This document shows, piece by piece, positions 12,601 to 25,663 of a stretch of DNA of 64,000 nucleotides. Made by a program: the position numbers and the translations under genes. The stretch comes from Tricharina praecox (lineage: Eukaryota). Each line of letters starts with the position of its first letter. Position 1 is the first letter of the stretch. Under the pieces are notes generated by a model that did not search any database, was not told the DNA's origin, and saw only the letters and a list, made by a program, of their open reading frames with translations. The DNA lies in assembly GCF_024521635.1 (NCBI RefSeq), contig NW_026250404.1, forward strand, positions 2,046,001 through 2,110,000, in the 5' to 3' direction.

Positions 12601-15600
12601 CTCAAAAGTCGGAAACCCGAAAAGAAGTCCATCGTTACTTCTTACTTACGCAGCTGGTAAGTTTGAGGTCAGCCCCATACGGTACCATATCTACCAGGTA
12701 CGTACTCGAGGTACATACATGGACTAGGTATGTGGAGTAACTGTCGACGCAGGAATCCCGCAAGCAGATCAGCAGAGTCGCCTCCGACCCTCCCCTCTCC
12801 TCTCCTCGAGCTAGACCAAGTATCATGTATTATACCAAGGCGAAACCCCCGCTCCCTTCCAACTCGACGGAATTAGCAGTTACATGCTGCTACCGACGGC
12901 CATGTACCGACTGCTACTGCTACCTACTGCTACTGCTTATGCGGGGTTTTTGGGCAAATCGGTACCTACCTGGACAGTGCGCAAGTCGCTATATTGCCGT
13001 AGGTATATGATATTTGATTTAATGTAACGATACCTTACATTTTAAACGTACAGTATGTGGAGTACCGTACGCGTGGTGAGACTTTTCCATGGTTTTGTTT
13101 TGTTTTTCTCTTTTTCTTCCTTCCTTCTTTCTAGAGTAGAGTACTTTCTCCCCGGCACTCCCCGGGAAATAGTATCGGGATGCAAACAAAAACACAACAG
13201 CAGCGACAACAACAACAACATCAGCATCATCATCGCGTGGCAGTCAGCACGAGGTGAGCAAAGCAAGCACCGCCAGGAGCAACGATGTCCGCAGTCCGCA
13301 GTGCGTAGTCCGCCGCCGCCACCGCCGCCGCCGGTTCGTTTTCTTTCCCAAAACTGACAATAACTGGAAGTCTGGAAGGCATGAGATGATGCAGTGGGGA
13401 CTGGGGACTGGGGAAGCGGGTCCGTCTTGCTATGTATGCTGTCTACCTATGCTGTCTATGCATATTAGTTTTAGTTGCAGCGTAGCTACTCTACTTGCAT
13501 ACCCATTGGCCGAGCGCCAGAGCCAGACGCAGGCCGAGTTCGAAGGAGCAAGCTGGTCGAGGAGTCGGAGTCGGGTGGGTTGGGTTGGATTGGTCACGGG
13601 GGCGGGGCGGGGCACCGAGTACTCTACATACACTCACTACGATTTCCGCCCAGACCTTACCCTGCGTGCGGTGTCCGAAGTTTTTCTTTCTTTCTTTTCA
13701 GATGGGGATCTCCACAAGGATATGAAACTGCCATCGCTGCAGATAGTGTCTGGAAGCGAGAGGGGGGGTGGTGGTGGGTGGTGGGTGGTGGATGGGTGGG
13801 TGGGAGGGTGGGGACGAGAGGGGAAGAGAGGCGGGGGATCGGTGCTTCGCATTGCAGCTGCCAACCGAGATGAGCGCCGTGGCGCTCCGCTCCTCTCGCT
13901 CGCTCATGAGGAGGGGTTCGAACTTCACAAGGGAAGAAAAAAAAAACGAAATAATTAACAAAAAATAAAAAAGCGAAACAAAACAAAAACAAAACATCAT
14001 GTCGGACCCGGGTCGGTCGGTAGGCGAGCCAGTGAGTGACGGCCAAGCAGGGAGGCTGGCCAGTTGCCAGCGAGCAAAGCACAAGCACAAGCACATGCAA
14101 GGAAACACGTAAGAAACCAAGCTGGAGAAGGGCGGGGAGGGGCGCGGCACAAACGGACGAAAGCACAGAACACAGAACACAGACGAACGCACTGCCGTGT
14201 GCGCCCGCCCCGCCCCGCCCCGCCCAGCAGCAGCAGCCTGTCCATCCAGATGATCTACTCTCCACCAGTAGCGTAGCGCAGTGGCGTGCAGTCATTCGTC
14301 CCCTCCTCCTCCTCCTCCTTCTCCTCCTTCTCCCGCAGAGCAGCACAGCGACGAGTGGCTGGGCCACTATCGCGTCGATCACATCAGTCTTCGATCGGTT
14401 CGGTCGAAGCCGGGCCGGCCACGGCGGATGGATCCTTCGGAACGGGCATAATCTCGCGAATCCTGCACTTCCCATCCCGATGCACTTTCCAGTGTCCACC
14501 CCACCTTCTCCGGCCACCATCGTATTTGCGGAATAGCACATCCTCGCTCGGTCGGTTCTCGAAGCGCGGCTTCGACCTTCGCGTGGCTGAGACTACGGTA
14601 CGGTACGGTACACACGACGCTGCGCTGCGTTGCGGCACGTTCTTACGTACGTCGAGCGCGTGGGATGGGATGGGATGGGACGGGACGGGATGGGATGTCC
14701 ACGATACCTACGGAGTTACCTGCGTAGTTTGGATATCCCCGGTGGAGAGCAAGAAAAAACACCAGCTGTTCCAACTTCCAACCGTGTTCCCTCGGGGCCA
14801 CGTTACACGCCCGGTAGATGGAGGACCACTCTACTTACAAACCTACAGCCACACAATGTTATGGTAGGTACCGTATCTATCTGTGGGCGCACGCACGCAC
14901 GCACGCACGGGTCGGCGACAGCGACGGCGACGCCCACGCCCACGCCACCGAAGTACCTATGACGTTGATGTCTCAGGCCAGCTAGCTAGAGTACCATAGT
15001 TAGGGGGACGACCGACCAGTGGAGCGGGTCGCTTCGGCGGGCCATCCGAGGTCGAGTCCAAGTCTAGACGCGTGGGTGGGGTGGCGTTTGTTTTTTGTTC
15101 GGATGGGAGAGAGGCATCACTGTCCATCATTCGCACACCATGGGGACGGCACCGGATAGATAGGCATGTACAATACATGTTGGCTGCGGACGCAGACCTA
15201 CTGTACCTACAGTATGTCGTGCAGAATGCGAACTTGTAACATGGAACCGGAACCGGAACCTGACGCTTGGGATGTTCATGTTGATCTCGGGATCGCTGTG
15301 CGCGCGTGCACTTGCGGTTGCAGACTTGCAGTGGCGCCCCCGCGGCCCCGCCGAAAAGCTCTCCAAACTTTCGAAATATCTCGTACATACGGTACGTTAT
15401 CTCGTATGTATGTACGTACTCGTGCGTGCGTGCGTGCGTGTACCGTAGGAGGAGCTATGGGGGCGGGGCGGGGCGGGGCGGGAGATCGTGGCCGCTACAT
15501 ACTAAATCATGCGGCGCCGCCACAGAGATGTTGCTTGGATGGATGGATTGATTAATGGGCCGTGGTGGTGGCGCCGAGCAGCTAGATAGGAAATCTACGG

Positions 15601-16195
15601 TACGGAGCGGAGCTTCAGGAGTTTACAGTCTGGATATCATTCCTGCAAGCGGCATTAACTAGCTCACGAATAGTGCACAACACCGTACATACGCACCCTC
15701 CTCCCGTGCTCCCGTCCGTCGACTTTTCCCGAGTCGTACTGGCCTCGGTACGGATCTACTAGCTACCTAGGTAGAAATCCGAGCCGCGCGGACTGACTTG
15801 CGAGGGGGCTTGAAGAGTACATCGAGTATGAGGTAGGTATTTACTTACCAATAGCAACACGCCCGACCACGCTCTCGCAACCACCACCACCACCACCCTC
15901 GCCACCACGGGCCATGGAACATACGGTACGGTAGTGCGCAACAGTAGCACGCAGTCCGGCCGGGCATCCATCCAGTCAGTCAGTCGGCCGCCCGATCAGT
16001 CGGTCCGCAAGCACCTGCAGTGTTGAGCGATACGCACATATACCAGGTACCTATACATCCAAGGAAGTCCCAAGTACGCACCCAGGTACTTACCCAGGTA
16101 CTTACCGACTCGACTTCTCCACTCTGGAGGGGAGCCTAAATTCTGCACTCGACGACACGACGACGACGTTCCGTAGATTGCTGTACCTAGGTAGT

Positions 16196-16250
16196 ACAAA
16201 GCCACAAAGCCACAAAGCCACAAAGCCACAAAGCCACAAAGCCACAAAGC
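16196..16250. repeat. 8-bp tandem repeat (ACAAAGCC) x~7
   Basis: Direct read. Confidence 0.95.
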
Positions 16251-19200
16251 TACAATCCTCTACTCTACTTATTTACTAGTAGTTATTAGTTCGCCAGCCA
16301 GCCATGTCGGCGCACACTGCACACGGTACGGTATATACCCCCGATACCTACCTAAGGCTATCGATTCGAGCCTGTAGAGTACCTACTTCCCGTACCTAGC
16401 CTGTGGGCGGCGGATACATCTGCCGGTAGGGTTGTTTTTCTGGTTGTTGTTGTAGAGTAGTTGGTAGAGTATATGTACCGTAGTATAGTATAATTGCACT
16501 GCACTGCACCGAACTGCACGAGTGGCGGCCGCCGCGGGACCGCGGGTGGAGGGGGAGGCTTTCTGTATGTATTGTACAATACATACTTGGACTACCTACA
16601 TGACGGTAAGAAGTACTCACTTACGCAGACTCTGGAGTAGGTAGGTGTGTACACTGTAGGTATGATATGTATCTAGGAGGAGAGCTCCGAAGCCTGGTCC
16701 GCATACCGTAGAGTACCGTAGAGTACTGTATCTAGAGTAGCGGCCGGGATCGACGCAGCCTTGTCTGGGACTCTGAGGGCCTGGTATATCTATATGTAGA
16801 AGTACCAGTAGTAGTAGTAGTCGTAGTTATAGGTACTCTATCTACCATCCGCCCTTCCCCCATGCGCGCAAGTGGCTCGTGTGTTAGTTAGTCCGATCGA
16901 TCAAGTGGTCCGTACTCTACCCGGAGTCTACCGTCTTAGGCCATTGAAGAATCAAAGTGTTCCGTGGCGGCGTATCACACTTGACGATTGCAATTGCAAA
17001 TGATTGATAACTACTCAAGTCCGGTACTTGCCTGCTTGATGGATGGATGATGGGAAGTGGAGAACAACCGCTGTTCTCCAGTTAACCCGGACCGCCACCA
17101 CGCACCTCGCACCTCGCGCCGAGTCGCCACCGGTAGTGTAGGTAGCTCCACTCGGAGTTTCAGTCTTTTAGACATCGGCCGGCTAGGTAGTTGGTGGTGT
17201 TCGGATTGCCAGTAAGGTAAGGCAACTGGGTACTAACTAGTATCTAAGCGCACGGTGCGAATCAAACGTGCAGGGACCATACATGCGAATGGTAGGATTT
17301 GGGAAAGATGGATATCAACCAGTATATAGAGCCACTTCATGTAGCAGCAGGGGGAAGCGGAAGTCGATGTGGGTACTCTAGTGGTAAATATCATACCCCT
17401 AACTAGTAGTAGTAGATACTAGTAGTGCATGGCCTCTGCTCTACTCTACTCTACCTACTAGTATGATATATGGCGACATCCCCAGCCAACCGGACACTGG
17501 GGTTCACGTCCATCGAGCGCACGCATCTACATATCGCGCACACACAGGGGAGGGGAGGGGATGGGGGCTCTTTATTTTCTGGTCCGTTTTTTGGTTTGTT
17601 TTTTTCTCTTCCGCGGCGGCGGCGGCCTCGGCTAGTCGCCTCACCTCACCTCACCTCTCGCTCTCCCGCGAGCGCTGGATAACGGCATCGGGGGCGGACC
17701 CAAGTACCGTAAGTACATCTTACTTACTTGGTTATTCTAAGTAGGAAGCAGAAGTGAAAGTATCCCTATCCCATGAGTTAGCCAGGGCGGAAGCGGATCC
17801 ATCCTCCACCCTCCAGGCACATATATCTCTACATAGGAAGCGAGGAACATGTAAGACAGTAAGACCTAAGCATATCCAGCAATCCAGCATGCAGCGAAAC
17901 GCGGAACAAGTTTGGCGTGACCGGCGACGGCGACCGCAAGCGCCACCCGGCCCCCGGGGAAAGTATCCAAGCCTTTTGGTTCGAATTCTTGCACCGACAA
18001 GACTCAAGAGTCCCGATACTACATACCGGTAGTACCGGTAGTACCGGTAGTTACTAGTACGGTATGTAGCGATTGCTGCGGATGCGGATGCCCATTACTT
18101 TTACTCGCGAGTCTTCCCCTGCCGTTGGAATGGAATAATCAAGGACGGAGAGAGTACTAACTACCTAGGTACTCAGCCCAATTGGTCCGCTGAGTGAGTG
18201 AGTGATCGAGTGGATGATTGATTGGGTGAGTGAGTGGGTGGGTGGGCAGCTACGGTTGAACGGACAGGAGTGCGCTCTCACCGCTTCGCCGGGGCCACCG
18301 TCCACGATCATGGTCGGGTCTACTATATACTACCGGTAGTAGTACCTAAGCAACCAGGTAGTTTGTCGCATTCTCCACATTCTCTGCGAGTTGCAATACG
18401 GTAGGTATCGTGTGATGGGCCGTCATAACTACAGAGATATATCATGTCTCCCGTACTACTAGTAAGTACAGCGGAGTGCGTGGGTAAGCAAGTAATTACT
18501 ACTACCTACTACTACTTCTACTACTAGGTATAGATGCCGCTACCTAGTACTGGTAGCTGTGTAGATGTGGCCTTGAGTACTCGACTTACTTACTCCGAAT
18601 ACATACAAAGGCAGGTACATGCTCAGGTACACGCTTTGGTACTTTTAGGTACAGTACATATACTCTACCCGCATCGCTTCTACTACCAAACCCCCGAACC
18701 GCCGGCGCCGCCGCTTAAGCCGGGGAAGCACTCTATAATATACTATATCACCAAGCTTTTGAGACATGGGGGTCACGGGAGGGAGGGAGGGAGGGAGGGA
18801 GGCGAACACAAGCTGCGTATTGATATACCTTGTAGATTGGTGTGGTGTGTATGGTAGAGTAGTAGGGTAGGAGTAGTAACTATGATGAAGAAGACAGGCA
18901 TGAGGAGGAGGAAAGCACCGTACCGTAGCGTAGGAGGAGGGGTGAAGGAGAAAGGGCCAGAGGAGTTGGAGGGGTCGTCCATCCGAACTCCGGACCAGCC
19001 AGCCTACTACACTCTAGCCTTGACTCTCTACTGGGTAATACCGTAGTAGAGGATAATGCCGTAGTGGCTGCCAAACGTATTTCGGTCCTGTCCTGTCCTA
19101 TCCTTCCCTGTCCTGTCCTGTCCTGTCCTGTCCTGTCCTGTCCTGTCCTGCTCGGGTATGTAGTTCACATACGATATTTTTCAAGTTGCGATGGAATTTT

Positions 19201-20922
19201 ATCATCTGCGTGCTGCACGTACCGTACAGAGCTAACCAAGCATGGGACGCCCCCCTCCCCCCTCTCCCGTCCTCGGGTCTCCGTCTGTTTCTGTTTCTGT
19301 TTCTACTTCTGTTTCTGTTTCTACTTCTGTTTCTGTTTCTGGGGCTGTAGAGTATCATATAGTAAGGTATAGTACACCACGGGTACAATCAATCAATCAA
19401 TCAATCTGTATGACACTGGGCGCGGCGGCAACGCACATCCATCGCCAGCCGGATCCAAGACTGACTCAAGTCGTCGTCCAAGTAAGTAATCCGCGTACGT
19501 ATGTATGTTCCACCGCCGCCAGGCTTCGAGCGTCGGAGAAGGAAGGGAGGAATGGAGGAAAGAAGAGACTCGAAAGGGAAGGGCGAAACCAAAAGAAAAC
19601 AAAAAACAAAACAAAAACGAATGCAAGGCCTCCTCGTATGATACGTAGCGAATCACCAACGCAATGCGGAGGTATCATGATCGCAAATCGCAAATCGCAA
19701 GACCTACATACATACCGGTACATACAAACGTCTAGCGTTGGCGTTGGCATCCGCTTCGATGCGGCGGTGTGGATAGTGGTGGTGGTGCTCTGCTTTGCGA
19801 TGTATGAGGTATGTGCTTCGGCAGTGTGCACCACCGTGTCGTGTCTGTCCGTCCGTCCGTCCGTCGATGCCGTACGGTATGGGACGTGCGGGGGCAGGAG
19901 AGGAGGAGGGGAGGATGGTGGAGGGGAGGATGATGGAGGGGAGGATGATGGAGGGGAGGATGGGGAAGGAGGGGCTCGGACGAACACAAAGCAAAGCAAA
20001 GCAAAAGCGGTGAACCGATCGAACGCCCCCAAGAGTTTGTAATCCTCCGCCGCCGCGATCAGCACGGTGCACCCCCCATCGTGCAATGTAATCGTGGACC
20101 CCACCGTCCCATCATCCCATCGTTCCATCGTCCCACCGTCCGAATGAGCGAGCCAGTGAGCCAGTCATCACGCCCGCGGTGGGGGCGGAGTGATGAGATA
20201 AGTTGTTCTGCACTGTACCGTACTGTATGTATGTCTGTCTGTATGTAGGTACCATGTATGCACACCGCACTCTACTCTACTCCACTCTCAAGTCTCAAGG
20301 TATGGTATGGAGAACGCATGTACATATGCTTCCAGTTGCCGACATACCCACCTACCCACGGGTTTAGCTATCGGGAGCCAGGATTCATTTTGCTTTGCGT
20401 TGCATGGCCGGTGTTTTGTCTGCAGATGTATGTAGCATATACACCGTTCGATATCACATCTGTCTGTCCTGCACTAGTTACATACATTGCCCATGCCATC
20501 GCGAGAGGGGGCGAAGGCGAAGGCGATGACGATGACGACGGTGACGGCGAAGACGAGACGTCGTAGACATAAAGTGCGCCTGCATCATTCATTGCATCTG
20601 GCATCCACCCTATCTATCTGCGTACACATGTTTCGCGAAAGCAGAGAGGAGCTCCAGAACTCCAGATCGTCCAGTCTAGAAGAAACCCGCAGTCGAAGTC
20701 GGTCATCACTCCGTCGGACCCCTCACCGTTCACTGCCCAGCCAACCAGCCAGAAAAAAAAGCAAACATTCCCTGAAACCAGTAGATAGACAGACCAGTGG
20801 ACTGTGCACTACTGTCATCGGTTCGGTCCGGTTCGTTCCAAGCCTCAAGGGCGGCACGCGGTAACGTATGTAGACCTCAACGTCAGTTCACGCTTCACAG
20901 TTCACGCCTCGCGGCTGCCTGG

Positions 20923-20937
20923 ACTGCTGCTACTACC

Positions 20938-20981
<44 letters not shown>

Positions 20982-20993
20982 GTCTGCTGCTGC
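20923..20993. repeat. Imperfect (CTG)n microsatellite
   Basis: Direct read. Confidence 0.9.
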
Positions 20994-22540
20994 TTCGTCC
21001 CATCTCTACACTACACTACACTCGCATACCTACCATACTTTTCGTTAGTTATTCTCGGCTGGTTCGCTGCTTTCGACGGTTCTGCCACCACCACCACCAC
21101 GCCCAGGAGGCGGGGCTATTATCGGTGTGATGGTGGGTGTGATGGTGGGATGGTGGGTGGGGGGAGAGTACGGAGGGGGAGGGAGGGACGGAGGGATGCA
21201 TGAGAGGGGTGGTGGGGCGAGCTGCCGGTCGAATCAATCAAGCGATTGCGAACCATTCGCGGCACAATCGGATTCTCGAGGGTTTGGCCGGAAAAGTAGA
21301 GGACACAGACTTAGTTACAGTCCAGAATCAGAGACTGGATCACCAGAATCGGGGGCAAGGACGCGGAGCCGTCGAGGATGAGGGGTGTGGACACACACAC
21401 ACAAGAAAAGCACACACACTCACACGCACACCCGGCTCTCAACATGACCGGCCACGGCCAGTGCTGCCACATACAGCCATGGCCACATCCTCGAATTCCT
21501 CACCCACACTCACCCCATACCCACTCCACACCCACTTGCAGATCCGACACACACACCCTCTCTCTCGCAGACCTAGAGACTGGACGGCTCCGTTGCATCT
21601 CCGCCTCGCAATGGCCGTAGGTGGATGTATGTAGCATGTACATCCCCCCTCTCCACGCCCCCTCCCCCCAAACAAACAAACAAAACCATGCGGCCTCGCA
21701 AGAAGACGGAACCCAGCAAAGATCAGGGTCCATGGGATGGGAAAGGGACATACAAGTAATATCGGTTTGCTGTTGGGCGGGGAATTCTGATGAACCCCGC
21801 CCTGCTGCTGCTGCTGCGCTGCACGCATAAAGCAACTGCAGCGCCCGACTGACTAACTAGGCCCAGAGCGGATCCGCTGTAACTACACTGCTTCTGCGTG
21901 CGGAAAGTCCAAGTGGTCTGCACGAATCTGCAGGCCCGGGGCCGTGAATGTGAGCGAGGAAGAGAGAGAGGGAGTGAGATAAATACACTTGGAAATACAC
22001 TTAGGAGAATAGGTAGATAAAGCTACTAGTACCGGAGACCTAGTAGCGAGCTCGCGTGAGTGACTGTGCGGGTGAGGGATGGCTGCCATGGATGATGGAC
22101 AGGACTCTTGCTTACGTCCACGCCCAAAGCCTTCTGCCCCGCGCTCATTCATTCGGCGGTTCGTCCAGCCATCCGGCAAGCCATCAAGCCCATCACGCCC
22201 ATCAAGCCATCAAGCCAGACATACGCCATCCATCTGCTTCTCCGTGCCTATCGCTGCCGTTCCATAGTATCGTACTTGCCCATCTAGATAGTCAGTTATG
22301 GCGTATTCTTACCAGAGTAGAGTAACCAACTTACATGCCCATTCGACAGAGAATAGAATCCGCTTCTGCCTCCTGGTCTTCTGGTCGCCAGTCCATCCGT
22401 TCCTCTCCAACCAATTAGCCCCAGGAACGGCTTGGAACCGAATCCAAGCGCCGGTTCTGACTGGACTGCACGCAATTCAACAGAGTGCTTGCAGATGTTG
22501 CTGCGGCTGCTCTGCTCTGCCAGCTACATACCGCTCGTGT

Positions 22541-22561
22541 GGGGGGGGGGGGGGGGGGGGG
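22541..22561. repeat. Poly-G tract (21 nt)
   Basis: Direct read. Confidence 0.95.
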
Positions 22562-22863
22562 CTCAAACGGACTGCAGGAGCTGGCAGTCAATCCACTGCC
22601 CTGGATGGATGCTGCCGGCCAGCCCCCAGCCTAGTTCCAGTGAGTATGTAGAGTAGATCGCCCTTGCCCTCGCTCGTGTGCCCCAGCTGCCCTCTCATCC
22701 ATCCATCATCCACACATCCATCCCTCCATCCCCCCCGCATCATCATATCCAGGGATTCCGATTCGAGCTTGTCCCTTTTTCGTCGTTACACCCAGAACCC
22801 CAATACCCTAGCCTCTTCGTCTGATTGTTGGTTGTCCCCAGCGACGACGACTACGACGACATG

Positions 22864-25568
22864 CCTCCTCCACTCGCCTCGCCTTGACTGTGCACCCACG
22901 TAACCGTAACCCCCCCACTCCCCTCCCCACCATCACCACCCCCCGCCCCGCCCCGCCCCGCCCCGCCCCTCTTCCGTAACCTTCCTACACCTCTCACCTC
23001 TTGCCTGCCCGCCTGCCTGTCTCAAGCTTAATCCTGTCAACCACCCGCTCGCTCGCCTCGCCTCTGATTGTTCGTCATCATCCGAAGCCGTTTTTTCGTT
23101 TCGTTTGTTTATTGCGGACGCCCGGGGGGCCCCGATCGACAAAATCATCAAATCATCCAATCATCCAATCACATCGTCGTTGCTTGCGTTGCGTTGCGTT
23201 TCAGCCCCGCCTCGCCGAGCGCTACAGGCCACACAGGCTACCGATCCGTCCGTCACTGAGCCTCCGGCTCCCTCCTCCGCCTTGTGTGTCGTTCCCGTAA
23301 CGTTTCCTTCCCACCAATCCCTCCCCCCAATCCCTCCCTCCCATCCCCAAGTAAGGGACAGCCGCCCTCCCCCCACACTGGCCAGTACATAGTAGTCCGC
23401 AAGGCCTGACCTCTCCCCCCAGCCCTGCCCAGTCCTGCCCTGCCCAGTCTAGTCCAGTCAATTCTCCTCCTCAACTCAAAAGGTTCACTGGCCCTGCCTG
23501 CCCTCGGCTTTCTGCCGCGTGGACATAGTTCGTCTGAGTCTGAGTCTGAGTCTCTGGTGGACGTGCCAGCAAGGAAGCAAGCACGACCTTGCCAGCCAGC
23601 CAGCCAGGCACCAAGCGCAGGGATTTGGCGGCAACGAGGAAGCTTTTCACGCCGGTCGGTGTGTGCAAAACATAAACAAAAAAAATTAAATTTATTAAAA
23701 AAAATAGGAAGATATAGGAAGAATATACAAAAAAAAGGTGTCTATCGGGGAAGGAGGACTACTATACGAAAGGCTCGAGAAGGCGGAAAGGAAAGGAACT
23801 GAAGAAGAAGAAGAAAACGAACAAGAAGAAGGGAAGAGAAGCAGAAGAAGAAGAGGAAGAAGAAGACGGAGAAGAAGAAAAGAAAAACACAAGAAAAAGC
23901 AAGGAATTAAGAAGGCCGTTATAAGGATTCGTTTGTTCCCGCCGCCGCGAGAGCTGTCGGAGGATCTCTGAGAAGAAGAAAAGAAAAAGAAGGAGACGAA
24001 GAAGAAGAAGGGGTCGGGAACTGGAACTGCAACTGCAACTGCGGCGAAAAAAGAAAGGAAATAAGGGAAGGACCGCCAGTCACAATCCACTACAAGAAGA
24101 ACGAGAAGAACAAGAATGAGCCGGTGAAGGGAGTGCGCAAAAGTCGGTTACGAGTGCACCGCGTTGATCCAGCCATAATTGTGAGTCCATCTTTGTTTGT
24201 CGGTTGGTTCAGGCCGCATCTCGTCCCGTCATCATCATCATCACCATCATCATCACCATCATCCAACACCACCATCGTCAGATATACCCATACACCCCAC
24301 CTCCTCCTCGTCCTTGTCCTCGTCCTCGTCCTAGTCCTAGTACTCCTCCTTGCCCTCCTCCTCCTCGCCCTCCGCCCCTCCTCCCATACCACCCCTACTC
24401 GGATACCATACCATCATTTCACCGTCAATTCCACAAAAGTAATCCAACCCACTAGTAGAGGTCCAAAGGCTCATCATCCTTGGTAAGCAAGAATCACAAG
24501 CAGGGCGAAGCGTTTGGACGGGACACGACATCAGGTGCAGTGTGCTTCCCGATACCACCCCTCCCAGCTCCCCTCCCACCCCTCTTCTTCCTACCAAAAG
24601 TCCCCAAAGAGTTCCACACGGACAACCCTTTTGGCACACACCCCCGCCATCTGCCTCATCCTCCCATTCGACCATCCACGTAGTCGGTGAAGGAGGAGGG
24701 AGAGGGGTGACATAGCAGAGGTTGGCACAGTGATTACGGCGGCGTTGAGGTCTTCCCGCTCCCGCATGACAGTCCTCATCATCATCTCCCTATCTGGCTG
24801 TTAGCATCACCTCATCTCTTTCCCTCGCCGTCAGCAAGCGAGCACTGGGAAAGCACAGGGTCCTCTCGTCCCTCTCGTCCGTCTCGTCCGTCCACCTCCA
24901 TCCCCACTGCAAAAGAATCCCTCCAGCTTCAGTCTTCTGAATCAGATACTGCTGTACGGAGCTCCATCGGGGGGCCTTTTCTTGCACCTGTACGTCTCCA
25001 GCATTGGGAGGGAAGAGAACGCTGTTCCAACTACTTGCTCCTGGCGCCAATCAAAAAAAAAAAAAAAAAAAGACCAAGCAGGGCCATTGAATTCCCCACC
25101 ATTCCATCCCGCCCTGCAGATTTGATACTATATATTCCGTCTGTGTCCCGCGCTCTTCTTCCGCACCTTTTCCTCATTGATAGCCTCTCTCTCGTCCACT
25201 CTACGGCTTCCCGTTATTTCGGCGAATCACCGATCAGTCGCGTGGCCGAGAAACAAAAACTGACCAACTTGCCACCCGTGTACACACGACCACGTCCGCA
25301 AGAGCTATACTAGCCGCAGCAAACGAAAGGAAGCTCGCTGTCCAGGGGACCACACGGCAAAGCTCCATCCGCTATCTGCCATCTGCCATCGACCATCTGC
25401 CAGGGAAGGAGACGAACGGGGCGGTCTTCCTTTTTAATTGTGTTGCCGCAGTACAAAACACCGGGAAAACGACTTGCCATCTCACAGAGGCCTTCCCATT
25501 CTATTCCATCTTGTTTATCAACAAGCTTCACGACGACAACAACAATAACAACAACCATAGCCACAACG

Positions 25569-25610
<42 letters not shown>

Positions 25611-25663
25611 CGGAAAGGAAGATCAGCCCCTACAGCTAGTTAGCCAGCGCAGCAGAACCTACC
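22864..25663 (+). promoter_or_regulatory. Putative very long 5' leader with two short uORFs (24116-24127 MSR*; 24766-24804 MTVLIIISLSGC*)
   Basis: Manual scan finds only two + strand ATGs in 2.8 kb while CAT is frequent; contains A19 (25053-25071) and an (ACA)n tract at ~25565-25610. Confidence 0.55.

Larger units (their letters stand above)
6613..25663. other. ~19-kb gene-free intergenic region upstream of the 25664 gene, dense in microsatellites
   Basis: ORFs here are translations of simple repeats; no recognisable domain or coherent exon chain seen. Flanking genes are both on +, so the whole tract is 5' of the downstream gene. Confidence 0.75.

Noticed and set aside
7000..25600. Dozens of 60-290 aa ORFs in the desert (e.g. 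13657-14541, 19242-20042, 23738-23971)
   Set aside because: Translations mirror microsatellites, overlap in all frames, often use non-ATG starts, and show no domain motifs or splice chains.
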